A DNA stretch of 64,000 nucleotides from Octopus sinensis (GCF_006345805.1 NC_043017.1:28706001-28770000), one strand, 5' to 3'; shown: positions 40,430 to 54,146, counted from the stretch's first letter. The notes: generated by a model from the sequence alone, not told the origin. Numbers and translations: made by a program.

Positions 40430-41785
40430 AATGCCTCTTATGCCGTCTATCTTTTTTGTTAATGACCTCTAGAGTGCTTCTACTTTCATACTTAGTTGCT
40501 TCGTATGGGTGGGGTGGAGCACAGTGGGCAACAATATTCAAGGTGGGGGTTGGGCAAAAGTAGAGTAGAGAAGGATGATGGATGTAGGTATCTCTAACCC
40601 GAAAAGTTCTCAGAAACCAGGAGTATATTTTCCTGGCCAGGTCAACCTTGCTGTTTACGTGGGAGCTTAAGTCTCTGGTGTTGCTGGATGACACTAGGGA
40701 GTCACTCGAGGGAAGAACATATGGTAATTTCAGAGTTTTCTCTTTTCCAAAGTGGATCAAATCAACTTTATCTTGATTTAAAAGCATACTGTTTTTCTCC
40801 GCCCATTGGACAATAGCAAACAGATCTTACAGAAGGCATGTTTGGTCTCCTATACCCTTTTGAGGCTTTCTGGAATTTGGTATCATCTGCAAAGATTTTC
40901 AATCTATTTTGATGACATGTACAATGTCGTTCATGTAAATAATGAAGAGGAGTGGGCCCAATGCAGTACCTTGTTGGACACCAATACTGACTTTGATTGA
41001 GCTGGATCGGATTCCCTCAAACACAACATGTTGGGTTCTGTTCGTCAGAAAACATTTTATCCACTGCAGCAGCTTTCCACGGACTCCAATGTTGGACAGT
41101 GTCTTCAGCAGGATTTCTTGTCAACTCAGTCAAATGCATTGCTGAAACCAGGGTACATGATGTCAGTGTTGGATTCCTCTCCCAACGCTTTTAAGATGTC
41201 ATCAAAATGGTGCAGAAGCTGCAACAGACAGTCCCTGCCATCACAGAAACCATGCTGTTTGGGGGTTCAGCAGATTGTTGTTTTCGAGGAAGTGAGTTAT
41301 ACGTGATCTCACCACCCTCTTAAATAATTTAATGATATGAGAAGTGAGTGAAAACGGGCGGTAGTTCACCGTAAGAGATTTGTTTCCCGTTTTGAAGACT
41401 GGAATGACAAATTGGGAAAGAAAATTATCAGGAATGCAGCCTTCATCAAAGCTCAGCTAGACGGGGTGTAATTTGATGTCGACACTTCTTCAGGACAGTG
41501 GACGGGAACTTATCGGGACCTACTGCCGAGTTGTGCTTGATCTTATCTATTTCTGTTAGGATATCAGGAGCACCAAAAGGTATGTCAGATATGGTCAGTT
41601 GAGGGATTACATAACTGATACTAGCCAGATCAACCGCATTAGTGTTACTGAAGACAGAGCAGTATTGTCTCTGCGATATCTCGCACATGGATTTTGCAGC
41701 ATCATGTACAGTGTTGTTCTCATCAACCTGGGGACTAAGAGTGAAAACTGCTGCTTTATGTTTTATATATGCTGACAACCCCTTC
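40430..41785 (-). pseudogene. CR1/Jockey-group LINE reverse transcriptase, decayed
   Basis: SAVGPDKFPSTVLKKC; TDIMYPGFSNAFD (cf. DFSKAFD); GVQQGTALGPLLFIIYMND. Confidence 0.9.
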
Positions 41786-41789
41786 AGTC

Positions 41790-41980
41790 ATGAATGACCA
41801 TGGGATTGCAACTAGAAAGTTACGCTCCTAGACACAAATCTGGGCAAGGTTATTTATGGAAGACCCGCAGTCGCCCATGCATACCGACCTCCCCTCTCTA
41901 CGGCATCAATGTTATCCAAGGGAAATGTAAAGCCCGATAAAGCTTGGCACCCGTGACGGCGCAACACATTTCTACAGCTG
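41790..41980 (-). mobile_element. SINE/LINE-tail-type repeat fragment
   Basis: GC-richer block between the CR1 and a (TATG)n tract; resembles a common octopus repeat (recognition only). Confidence 0.4.
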
Positions 41981-41981
41981 C

Positions 41982-42014
<33 letters not shown>

Positions 42015-42223
42015 TGTATGTATGTATGTATGTATGTATGTATGTATGTATGTATATATATATATATATATATATACAAAGAGCAATAAGATTCAAGTTA
42101 ATTTAAAAAAATTTACTTGAATATGGTACCTAACTTAGATGCACCAAAAAAAACTATACTGATTTAACAATATAGTATGTGGGGTGATTATAAGCGAGAA
42201 AGAAGCAACAAGAATGGATAGGT

Positions 42224-42314
42224 TTTTAGTACGATCGTTTCATACAAGGACAGGTTTTATTAAAAGTTGCAAAGATTACAGCATATAAACGAGTCCCGTA
42301 CTCATCAGCTAAAA
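42224..42314 (-). ncRNA. Type I hammerhead ribozyme (mirror copy)
   Basis: Reverse complement of 42688-42778. Confidence 0.75.
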
Positions 42315-42687
42315 TACATGTAAGTTCTCTAGACATCCTAGTGTTTGAGGCTATACTCATGAAGTAATGTAGATAATTAAACAGATTTCTAAAGTTCATT
42401 AAAGTTCTTTAAAGATGATGTACAGTCTTATCACAGAATTTTAAAAAAGTTTTGATAGCATCACAGAGAAGGTGACCTAATCCATATGAATTTCCATAGA
42501 TCTATGGAAATTCATATGGATTAGGTCACCTTCTCTGTGATGCTATCAAAACTTTTTTAAAATTCTGTGATAAGACTGTACATCATCTTTAAAGAACTTT
42601 AATGAACTTTAGAAATCGTGTTTAATTATCTACATTACTTCATGAGTATAGCCTCAAACACTAGGATGTCTAGAGAACTTACATGTA

Positions 42688-42778
42688 TTTTAGCTGATGA
42701 GTACGGGACTCGTTTATATGCTGTAATCTTTGCAACTTTTAATAAAACCTGTCCTTGTATGAAACGATCGTACTAAAA
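42688..42778 (+). ncRNA. Type I hammerhead ribozyme
   Basis: TTTTAG-CTGATGA-GTACGGGAC-41nt-GTCCTTGTAT-GAAAC-GATC-GT-A-CTAAAA: stem I TTTTAG/CTAAAA, stem II, palindromic ACGATCGT stem III; predicted cleavage after 42772. Confidence 0.8.
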
Positions 42779-42807
42779 ACCTATCCATTCTTGTTGCTTC
42801 TTCTCGC

Positions 42808-42859
<52 letters not shown>

Positions 42860-42913
42860 ACACACACAAACACACACACACATATATATTTTATACATTA
42901 TATATATATACAG

Positions 42914-42944
<31 letters not shown>

Positions 42945-43733
42945 GAAATGGATAGATAGATACATGTGCATTTATACAAGTATACATATGGGTGTTGCAT
43001 GTGTGTGGGTGTTTGTGTGGGTGAGTATACGTATATTTATACGTATATAAAATCTATATGAATCTATCAATGTTTTAACTATAAACACAGACATATTCAG
43101 TACTCACACGCATGAAAGTTATGTGCAATTCAAATAGAAGTCTGAAATATAAATTCTACAATCTGGGTATTTAATGCTACTATGAAAGCAAATTAAAAGA
43201 ATAAAAGAGAACAAAATACGAAATGAAAAGGCCATCATAATTCCGATTCAGCTTTCCAGCAAACGAAGTTGTAGGTAGATTGTCGAACAATTTTGCTTTC
43301 AAAAAATCATATAATATTCTGCATCCTGGATAATGATTGAAAATATATCCATAAATAAAGAAGGTACAAAATATTCCTATAAACTATTTCTTGTTATATA
43401 TTGATAAGAAACGTGAAATATATATCTGTATATTTTTTTCTTGTTAATCATTTAACAGTTGCACCCATAAAACTGTTCGTAGCAAATTTTAGAATTTTCT
43501 TACAGTTTCCAGGCGAAAATTCTCGTGAACTTGTTTAGAGATTTTACTTTTACATATCTATTTATTTACTTATTTATTTATTTATTTTATACTTCTATTT
43601 TTGTTATTATTTGTATGATTTTCTTTTCTTTTTTTTTTTCGTAGCCGTTAACTTTGCAATAAGCAAGGGAATATATTCTTAGAAATTTAGCTCATAAAAA
43701 TATGGTCGTAATGTGTAAGTTTATGCTTTCAAT

Positions 43734-43766
<33 letters not shown>

Positions 43767-43768
43767 TA

Positions 43769-43829
<61 letters not shown>

Positions 43830-43986
43830 GTATGTATGTAATATATATACATATATATATATATATAATATATGTATGTAAATATATATATATATATATA
43901 TATGTAAATATATATATATATATGCAAATATATATACATATATTATATATATATATATATATATAATATATATATATATATGTATG

Positions 43987-44038
<52 letters not shown>

Positions 44039-44111
44039 AATATATATAATATATATATTATATATGTATGTATATGTATTCACCCAAATACGTACAAGCA
44101 TATTTATATGC

Positions 44112-44158
<47 letters not shown>

Positions 44159-44699
44159 CATATGTATATATATACGTGTGTGAGTATGTGCGTATGTGTG
44201 TTTGTGTGAGTGCTTGTGTGTGTGTGTGTGTGTGTGCGACTGTAGAGAAAGAAGTGTGCGTGTGCGTATCAAGAAGAAAATGCAAAAGAACATCGTATAT
44301 CGCCAGTAAACTTTTATGAGATTTTATTCAAAAAATCCAATTTAAATAGATATAACGTTTGTGGATGTGTAACCTACAACTTTTGTATGCATTCAACCAT
44401 AGAACTAAATTTATAAGGAAATATTTAGAAAAAAAATAAACTATTCAAGTATAATTAAATTAGGATATTAAATGTGATATGGTCTTTAGCTACTTAAAAA
44501 AAGGTAAATATTAAAATATTAGATATACACGCATCACACAGAACTATACAGTTCATAAATATCTATAACTTACACTCCTGAGTACCTTTTCTTTGGTCAT
44601 TAATAATTATGTTGTATAGTGTACACATATATACTCATTTATGTATATATATATCTATATTTATATAGACATATATGCGTGTATATGTGTGTTTGTATA

Positions 44700-44731
<32 letters not shown>

Positions 44732-44824
44732 CACGTGTGATTGTGTATGCGTGTGCGTGTAATATCTCTTTAAATAAGCTCTGCATGGCTCTAAGCCATG
44801 TTACTTGCATGTGTTCACTCATTC

Positions 44825-44921
<97 letters not shown>

Positions 44922-45380
44922 CATACATATATTTGTGCGTGCGCGTGTACGCGCATACGAGTGTGTGTGTGTATGCACACATATATATATATATATGTAT
45001 ATATACATGTATATGCATGTATATATGTATATATATATGTATATAAGTATATATATATATATACATATATGTAAAAATATATATGTATATAAATATATAT
45101 ATATAACTATATATGTATATATATATGTTTATATATGTATGTATGTATCCTAGAAATGTTTAAACTTGGAGAGAACCTGCGTTGGGGGGGGGGAGCGTGA
45201 AAATGCAAGTATATTAAAGCTATAAATATCAGTTTTTCAACACAATATTTACACGCTATTACATCCACGAGCATATGCCCAGACGCACGCACACACACCC
45301 ACATATACACACACATACATACACATACATACACATAAATGTACAAATACATGTACATCCTCTCTCTCTCTCTGACATAC

Positions 45381-45600
45381 ACAGTTATCATGCTGAATCC
45401 TGATTATTCTTCTAGAAGCCTGGAAACTTGAATTTGAGGCATCGTGTCTCAGATGAACTTTTGCATATTCAAGTATATCCTCAAACGCAACTGTTATCAT
45501 TAGACTTTCATGTGGTTGTAATCTTGCCCAGATCCTTGGAAGTCGGATTACACATGCGTACGCATTCTCGCGGATCTGAATTCCGAAGAACTTAACCATG
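45381..45600 (-). CDS. Candidate isolated exon of unknown product
   Basis: Only non-repetitive open frame inside a microsatellite field (MVKFFGIQIRENAYACVIRLP..IRIQHDNC), bounded by AG and GTATGT; acceptor lacks a pyrimidine tract; no family recognised. Confidence 0.2.
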
Positions 45601-45621
45601 CTTACATATAATGTATGTATG

Positions 45622-45652
<31 letters not shown>

Positions 45653-45904
45653 TTATATATATATATATATATATAATATTATAATATATATATATTATAT
45701 ATACACATATATATATTTCGATAGGTGAATAAATTATCCTATGTTTACCGTCAACATGGAAAATTCGATGAACGGATACCAGGGTAGCAAATTCACGTCA
45801 GAAACACGGTTGAAGCGACCTGTCCAAGGGTAGAAACTCCGGGTTCATGTGTGACGAGAGTAAAGGAATTTTGTTAACATCTTCGTTTAAAACCATTTTA
45901 TTTA

Positions 45905-45947
<43 letters not shown>

Positions 45948-46149
45948 CATGTGTATGTTTGATAGAGTGTGTGAGCATGTGTATTTTCGTGTCTATGTAT
46001 GCATACATGCATGTATTCTTAAATATATGCATGCTTATAAATATGTTTAGTTATATAAACCATAAAAGAACAGAGAACAGCGACATGATATCTCTGTTAT
46101 GAAGTTGTGGCAGGGGCTGTAATTCATCACAAGCTGTCAGTACGACATA

Positions 46150-46900
46150 GGTTATGTGTTCTACCGCGTAAAACTCTGTATGAATGAATCAAGAATTTTA
46201 AAAATAGCTGGAGAATTGTGAAGCACAAAGTGGGAGCAGTACGCCCATCAACATCTGCTACTTTGCTGAATATTCATCAAGCCCGAGAGACGATTCTGGC
46301 GACCCGACTAAAGATCCTTGATGACTTTCGCTTCAATAAAGACTGTTTGAGATGGGTCACTTGAGAGCATATAGACACATTAGCGCAATCGTATGGAGGC
46401 CTGGCAATGCTTGCTCAACAGATTCAGCAATGAATGCAAGGTTTTTATGGAGAGAAGAGTTATGTAAGATAAGACCGGGGTTTATCTCTTTGGGCCAGAA
46501 TCCAAAAAGGCAGACCCAAAAGGGCCTATAATAGAACATTACCTGGAAAAGGATCTAAAGTCGATAGTATAGACTACTGTGAAATGTTTGAAAAATAATT
46601 GAAACCTGTTTATTGCACTAAACGGTTACGTCTGTTTTCGGAGTAACTGCTTCTTTTACAAAATAATGCTCCTACACATACGTCCGACCATAGCTTTGAA
46701 ACTATTAAAAACTGGGTTTCGACTTGCGGGAACAGATTACATACAATCCAGTTCTCGCTCCTTCTGACTGTTAACTTTTGGCCCCGCTCAAATATCTTTG
46801 ACAACGTCGTTTATTTATGACGGCAAAAGACGTGCAGGAACTGACGCATATATGGTTACGCGACCAGGCGAAGCTTTCTTGTACAATGGAATTAGCGATG
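46150..46900 (+). pseudogene. mariner-type transposase relic
   Basis: Decayed motifs QARETIL, LRWV, LLLQNNAPTH (cf. HDNARPH), YNPVLAPSD (cf. YSPDLAPSD), WLRDQ. Confidence 0.7.
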
Positions 46901-47125
46901 TTGTGTGCCGCTGGAAAAAGAACATCGAAAATCAAGGAGACTGTGTCGAAGAATAATGTAACTATTCAACACGGGGTTTTGTCTTAATAAATTATAGAAT
47001 TCAGACCTTAAATTCTTAACCTGCCCTTGTATATGTATGCACACATGCACATTTGTATCCATACTAGCTAATGAGTTGGTGTGTTGTGCGCATGTATATA
47101 TATATATATATAATATATATATATA

Positions 47126-47664
47126 TTGTTGTCCGGTAAGTTCGTGTCGATTTTTAAAGGAAAGACAAAAGGTCAATAAATACTTGACATTGCATTTTTA
47201 AATAACCAAATATGAACCATTTTGTTGCACAATGCGTCTTCATCCTTCCTTTAGCTTGAAAATTCCTTCTTCCCATAACTGAGGTGGTTTCATGGCAAAG
47301 AATTCATCAAGCCATCCAAGGAATTGAACTTTTTCCATTAAGACTATTCTGCAGAGACCTGAATAAGTGGAAATCCGAAGGAGCAATATAGAGGGTGGGG
47401 TAACAGATCCCAGCGAAGCTGCAGTAATTTTTGTCTGGTTCCCAAAGCATCAGTTGCGGAAAATGAACTTCTTATCTTCCATTTTAAAGGGTTACAGAAT
47501 TAACAAAGGTTATAGGAACATATATCTTCTTCCACGAAAAGATAGCTTAAACTGTACTCTAAATGGACGTGTAGTCAAATCCTATTTTATGGACTCAACC
47601 ATGTTCTAAAATACGTCGAAATGTAAGCTACTATAAATCGGCACGAACTTTCCGGACAACCCAA
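47126..47664 (-). mobile_element. Internally deleted mariner element with both TIRs and TA TSD
   Basis: TA|TTGTTGTCCGGTAAGTTCGTGTCGATTT ... AAATCGGCACGAACTTTCCGGACAACCCAA|TA; minus-strand APSDFHLFRSLQNSLNGK. Confidence 0.85.
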
Positions 47665-48294
47665 TATATATATAACCTTATGAAAACACGTTTACAAACA
47701 CATACACATTAATATATGTATCCAGGCATACATAACACTGTAAAGACTGTATTTAATTCAGATTAATAACAGTCTGTGGGAACGAAAGTACTACTATCGT
47801 TACAGGCATTTTCATAATATAAATTTCATATATGCAATATAAAAGGCAGATTCTTATCGATTGGTGCATTTTCGACGGAAAGTTTACATTGTGTAAACGG
47901 TGAAAGTCTGATGTAGCATTTAGAAAAACCCCAAGTTTAATTAAATTAGTATATTAAAATTCAGGCGTTCCTTACCTATTTGAATACGATAAATATTACA
48001 GTATTAGATAATACACACACATACACACACACAGATACACAACTGTGTGTGTGCGCACGTGTGTATGTATATATTATACACGCACACAACCACAGACATG
48101 TGTATGTCTTTGTGTGCGCATGTGTATATGCGTGTATGTGAGTGTGTGTATATATATATTGGTATATAAAGGTTAGATATATCTATATTACCCACATATA
48201 CATATATATGCGCGCCCACACACACACACAGACACACACAGAATTCGATGTCTGATTTGATGCCAGATCGCTCACAACGTCTTTGGAAAAGCAG

Positions 48295-48780
48295 AAAGGC
48301 GGCGAGCGGGCAGAAACGTTAGCGCGCCGGGCAAAATTCTTAGTGGTATTTCGTCTGCCGCTACGTTCTGAGTTCAAATTCCGCCAAGGTCGACTTTGCC
48401 TTTCATCCTTTCGGGGTCGATGTACTCGACTTAATCCGTTTGTCTGTCCTTGTTTGTCCTCTCTGTGTTTAGCCCCTTGTAGGTAGTAATGAAATAGGTA
48501 TTTCGTCTGCTGTTACGTTCTAAGTTCAAATTTCGCCGAGGTCGACTTTGCCTTTCATCATTTCGGGGTCGATTAAATAAGTACCAGTTACACACTGGGG
48601 TCGAAATAATCGACTTAATCCGTGTGTCTGTCCTTGTTTGTCCTCTCTGTGTTTAGCTCCTTGTGGGTAGTAAAGAAATAGGTATTTCGTCTGCCGTTAC
48701 GTTCTGAGTTCAAATTCCGCTGAAGTCGACTTTGCCTTTCATCCTTTCGGGTTCAATTAAATAAGTACCAGTTACACACT
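48295..48780 (+). repeat. SINE B tandem array (one head, 3 bodies)
   Basis: Junction GAAATAGGTATTTCG at ~48492 and ~48675. Confidence 0.85.
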
Positions 48781-48971
48781 GAGAGAGTAGTGCATGCCAT
48801 AAAAGTGATACTGGGGTTAAATATACAAAGTCCATTATACCCATCTGTGGTCTACACATTTGCTGTACGCCATCTTTTATACCCAGACAAATCATATACG
48901 AGATAACACTTCCAATCAGTTAAGATTAGAAGCCATGAGAGCTAGTGTCTGGTAGGCATCATGGCATTTAA

Positions 48972-49019
<48 letters not shown>

Positions 49020-49654
49020 TATTATTATTATTATTACATTTTATTCCCACTCCTTATCCTCTCAAACTTCTCCCCAACTTCCCCTTTCATTTACCAATTT
49101 TTATTCTTTCTTATTCCTCCCAACAATAAAATATGCTACTACGTATCACAGCCACTCGCTTTGCACACAACTATATACACACTTTCTTTCTTAGCGAAAC
49201 AAACATCCCTCTATCAATTCCTTTCAACTATTAACCTTTACTACCCTCTCTTACTCAACAGTCACCCCACCTTTCTTAGAACCGGTTTTACTCACCATAC
49301 TTATTCTAATAGAAAGCAGTTCATATTTTGTAGTATTCATGCTAACTCTACATCTACTGATACTTGAAAGAACATCCCTATACTAATATTTATTTATTGA
49401 TTTGTTGCTTGATATACTTACATAACCTTGCCACTATTATTTTAATATGACGTTTTCAACTACAATAGATATTACCGCCATTATTATATCCTACTGCATT
49501 GTATTTCCTTTCCTCTTGTACAGCTTCCTCTTTAGAGCACATACATAGATCAAGCACGTACCTATTTATTTATCTTCTCTGAGATACGTGTCGTAACATC
49601 GTGACATTTGTCCTTGTTTACATAGACAATAAACTGCGAGTGCATACATGAGGG

Positions 49655-49794
49655 GTGGCTGTGTGGTAAGTAGCTTGCTAACCAACCACACGGTTCCGGG
49701 TTCATCTTGGGCAAGTGTCTTCTGCTATAGCCCCGGGCCGACCAATGCCTTGTGAGTGGATTTGGTAGACGGAAACTGAAAGAAGCCTGTCGTA

Positions 49795-49833
<39 letters not shown>

Positions 49834-50050
49834 ATATGTCTGTGTGTCTGTGTTTGTTCCCTTAGCATTGCTTGACAACCAATGCTGGTGTGTTTACGTC
49901 CCCGTTACTTAGCGGTTCGGCAAAAGAGACCGATAGAATAAGTACTGGGCTTACAAAAGAATAAGTCCCGGGGTCGATTTGCTCGACTAAAGGCGGTGCT
50001 CCAGCATGGCCACAGTCACATGACTGAAACAAGTAAAAGAATAAAAGAAT
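49655..50050 (+). mobile_element. SINE A, near full length
   Basis: Homology to 1230-1641. Confidence 0.85.
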
Positions 50051-50184
50051 AAATGCTTACGTGCGTGTGTACGTTTGTGAGACTTGTGTAACGTAGATAA
50101 ATCACCTGTTTTGGTTTTGGTAACATTAATTGTGGTCTTCCCTACGATGTTAAATCTATTTATGATACCCTAATTGAAACTTGG

Positions 50185-50500
50185 TGGAGGCGCAATCGCC
50201 CAGTTGTTAGGGCAGCGTACTCGCTGTCGGGGGATCACGGTTTTGATTCCCAGACCGGGCGTTGTGTGTGTTTCTTGAGCGTAAACACCCAAAGCTCCAC
50301 GAGGCTCTGGCAAGGGGTGGTTGTGATCCCTGTTGTACTCTTTCGCCCCGACTTTCTCTCACTCTTTCTTCCTGTTTCTTGTGTAACGCTGCGATGGACT
50401 AGCGTCCCGTTCAGCTGGGGAGAACACATACGCCACAGAAACCTGGAAACCGGGCCCACAAGCCTGGCTAGGCTTGAAAAGGGTGCATAAATAAATAAAT
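50185..50500 (+). mobile_element. SINE with family-C head and a V-domain-like tail
   Basis: Head as 6991-7377; tail CTGCGATGGACTAGCGTCCCGTTCAG resembles the V-SINE central domain as I recall it; (TAAA)n end. Confidence 0.7.
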
Positions 50501-50566
50501 AAAATTAATAAATAATTTAAATCTAATATATGCACACCCTTACAGTAATTTTCAAGGATAATTGTC

Positions 50567-51004
50567 GGATCATTTCGCTTTGAACGGCAGTCTTTAACAT
50601 AATTTCTAGTCAACTAAAAAGTGTTAAACTTCGTATACTGGTAGAATGTGTTTATAAAACATATTTTTCTCTTGGCTTTATTGAGAAAATTCTATAGTTT
50701 GTAAGATATTTGTTGTTTTTTCTGCAATTTCAACCGATCAATGACGTCTATTGAGTTAAAAAGGATTCTGTGCCGTATGAATATGTCCCTCGCTTAAGAA
50801 ACAGACTGGATTTATTTACATTTGTGAAGAAAAAAAGATACCCTTCCCCCCACACCAAACCCTAACCCTAACACTAACTAACCCTAACCCTAACCCTAAA
50901 AGAGATTGAAATGCAATAGATCGATTCTAGGGTCATAATTATGGGTGATAATTAATTTCATATGACACCGCTAGAAAAAACTGCCGTTCAAACCGAAAAG
51001 ATCC
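50567..51004. mobile_element. MITE with GGATC termini, 8-bp TSD TAATTGTC and internal (CCCTAA)n
   Basis: TIRs GGATCATTTCGCTTTGAACGGCA / TGCCGTTCAAACCGAAAAGATCC; telomeric array ~50858-50898. Confidence 0.8.
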
Positions 51005-51364
51005 TAATTGTCTTATAATCAGAAGATGTGCTCCCTTAGTTTTCTCTCCTACGAACTGCTAATCCCCAGTTGAAGTCATATCACGAGCAGTTTCGTCAGA
51101 CATTTATAAGTTTCAATAGTGAGAAACACTATAAATATTTTATATCGATAAACAGTAATTTATTGATGGTATAACATTAATGACCTTACAAATTTTCACA
51201 TGATGCTTTTGCTGGACAGCTGGTTAATTAAATGGTGTATATTCACATAGATCAGAGTTTCAATAAGAATTGATGCAAAATATATAATAGAAATAAATCT
51301 AGAATCATTTGTATTATGTTCTTCCATGTGGAGTTTGCAGACCAGATGAAATTTTCTATGTGTA

Positions 51365-51762
51365 ATCTTTATATATAAAAGTAAGTTTGTGTGACTGTCT
51401 ACTCCGATTTAGATTCCTAACTACTCCCACATTTTGCGGTACAGTTTAACCAAAACTGGGTATCTTATAGTCGTGATTCATATCGAGCCCTTCTGGGTAT
51501 TAGCGCGCGTCTACGATGAGTCTACGATTTTTAAAATAATTTACCATAATTTTTTTCAATTTTAATGCATATTTTTTTAAATATAATGGAAGTAACTCTC
51601 TAAAAATGTCTACGATGAGTCAACGATTTAAAAAAAAATTTACCATCATATTTTTTCCATTTTTAATGCATTATTTTGCTATTTTTTGGCTATAACTCTC
51701 TAAAAATGCTTTATAGTTATTTCCCTTACAAACCCGAGCAACGCCGGGCGATACTGCTAGTA
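51365..51762 (-). mobile_element. Helitron/Helentron-like element, copy of 826-1222
   Basis: Reverse-complement homology over full length. Confidence 0.65.
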
Positions 51763-52043
51763 GTAAATAAATAGAAAATTAATTGGGCGTCATTTTACAG
51801 GTCGTTTTCGGAGAATCTTGTTAATATTCTGAAGACATTAGCTCTAAATCTTCGGTTTCTGAGAGATGTGCTATGGTGAATCAGTCTGTATAGATGTAAC
51901 TTATGAGTATATATCATGTACAATCTTCCTGTTACTTTTACGTTTTCCCCAGCTTCCTTACTTAATCTATATGAGAGAATTATTTAGAATAGAACGTAAA
52001 TTAGAATACGTGATATTTGGGGCATTGCATACGTAAACAATTT

Positions 52044-52600
52044 GGAAGCGCGTGGCTTAGTGTTTAGGGTGTTATAAAATCTCTCGTGGAAGCGCCATCC
52101 AACCAAAATGCAAATATATGGGAAACTAGCACCTGTGTCATCTCTTGTGAAAGGCAGGAGTGTCCAGTTTGCTGGACATTGTTGTAGAGCTGAAGACGAG
52201 GCAATTTCTACTTTTCTCCTCTGGAAGCCATCTACTTGCAATACCGGAGGGTGCACACTCTCCTACCCTGATGTAATCTCCAGGGACACAGACATCCAGC
52301 AACAGGACCTCCGTAATGCTATGATGGACCGTGAAGTCTGGCGGAGCATGGTAAATTCCATTGTCTCGACCATGGTCGAACAATGATGATGATGATCGTA
52401 AGATTGTGCTTTCAATTCCTGGACTGGGCGACGCGTTGTGTTCTTGAGCAAAACACTTCATTTCACGCTGCTCCAGTCCACTCAGCTGAGTAACGCTGCG
52501 ATAGACTGGCATCCCGTTCAGCTGGGGAACACATACCTCATAGAAACCGGGAAACCGGGCCCATGAGCCTGGCTAGGCTTTAAAAGAGGGCGCATTTATT
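52044..52600 (+). mobile_element. tRNA SINE with V-like tail, split in its head by a LINE insertion
   Basis: A box 52044-52073; resumes CGTAAGATTGTGCTTTCAATTCC at 52397; tail shared with 50185-50500. Confidence 0.7.
52074..52396 (+). pseudogene. RTE-X/Proto2-like LINE 3' end with (TGA)n tail
   Basis: VQFAGHCCR..LLWKP..TLSYPDVISRDT..AMMDREVWRSMV, stop, then TGATGATGATGAT. Confidence 0.75.
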
Positions 52601-53754
52601 ATTTTATACGTAAACAAACATATATACTTATATGCATACAGGCATACACATAGACACACACATAAACACACACTCACAGACACAAACACACACTCACACA
52701 CCCATGTGTGTATATGTGTTGGTAGCGTGTGTGTAAGCGCGCGTGTGTATGCATGTATGTGCAAGCATGTATTATGACCGTCACCATAGACAAAAGACTT
52801 GTGACCGATACGAGTACTGCTGGGAACAGAGTACCGTGACGGACCGTCTCTTAGTCAGAAAAACTCTCCTACACGTAGGGCATATATTAGAATATATCTT
52901 TAACAATTTATGACGAATCCATTATTGTCGTGGTGTGCTGGATAATGTTTGCAGAAGAGGCTTCTAAGATAATATATTCTCATCTCCTACGTAAACAGCG
53001 GAGGCGAGCAAAACGATCTTTAAAAATCTGTCCTTCGGTCTCCAACAAATCTACCCAGCTTCATTGGACTCGTCTGTAACGTCTTGGTCATGTACCCAGG
53101 AAAAGCAATTATAATCAGAGTATTTCAAAGATGTGCTGGATGATCGGAGTTATCGGCGTATCTGAAATTAACCTGAGGTATGTACCCTACAAATACGGTG
53201 TACGTTGTCCCCGTCCTATCTTTTAGAATGTGATACATGATTTCTGAGATCCCTAAGCCCAATCCGCAGAAAACACAGTAAGAAGACCACACGTAATTTC
53301 AAAGAGTATTTCAGATTCATCAACTTGAGTTAACCTGGATTAACTGGCCCGTAAACAATGTTAAACATCGCCACACTGACAATTTTTTAAGGACAGAAAT
53401 TACGCGCTAAGGAATTTACTTAATCGTAGAGGGCTGGATATAACTAAGTTACAGTTCCTTTTATGTATACCCCTAATACATACATTCATATATATTATAT
53501 ATGCGTGTGTACGAGAACATGTGTATATAACTGTGTGTTTGTTTTGAATGCATTGTGTATGACTGTGTAAATGGTTCGTGAGAAATGCTCTAATCCGCGA
53601 AGGAAAACAAAACCTCTGGTTTTAACCCAAATACTCCTTCAGGTATTTGTTTATTGTGCATGGATTCTTTGTAACTCATGAAGTTTGAAACGAGGAACAT
53701 TGAAAAAAAATATCACAAACACACACAAACACACACACACTCACACATATATAT

Positions 53755-53941
53755 ATTACTCTTTCACTTGTTTCAGTCATTTGACTGCGGCATGCTGGTG
53801 CACCGCCTTTAGTCGAGCAAATCGACCCCGGGACTATTCTATCGGTCTCTTTTGCCGAACCGCTATGTGACGGCGACGTAAACACACCAGCATCGGTTGT
53901 CAAGCAATGCTAGGGCGACAAACACAGACACACAAACATAT

Positions 53942-53982
<41 letters not shown>

Positions 53983-54146
53983 CGACAGGCTTCTTTCAGT
54001 TTCCGTCTACCAAATCCACTCACAAGGCTTTGGTCGGCCAGGGGCTATAGCAGAAGACACTTGCCCAAGGTACCACGCAGTGGGACTGAACCCGGAACCA
54101 TGTGGTTGGTTAGCAAGCTACTTACCACACAGCCACTCCTGCGCCT
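53755..54146 (-). mobile_element. SINE A, full length
   Basis: Homology to 1230-1641. Confidence 0.85.

Larger units (their letters stand above)
42077..42807. mobile_element. TA-flanked fold-back element: ~614-bp palindrome (42194-42807) plus a ~120-bp one-sided extension
   Basis: Zero-spacer centre CCATAGA|TCTATGG at 42500/42501; I saw only 2 single-base indels between arms. Confidence 0.9.

Noticed and set aside
51040-51110. CTGACGA followed by a 6-bp stem on the minus strand
   Set aside because: No GAAA after stem II, so no hammerhead can be drawn
52800-53420. Complex, coding-looking sequence
   Set aside because: The frames I translated are interrupted by stops and no family motif is recognisable
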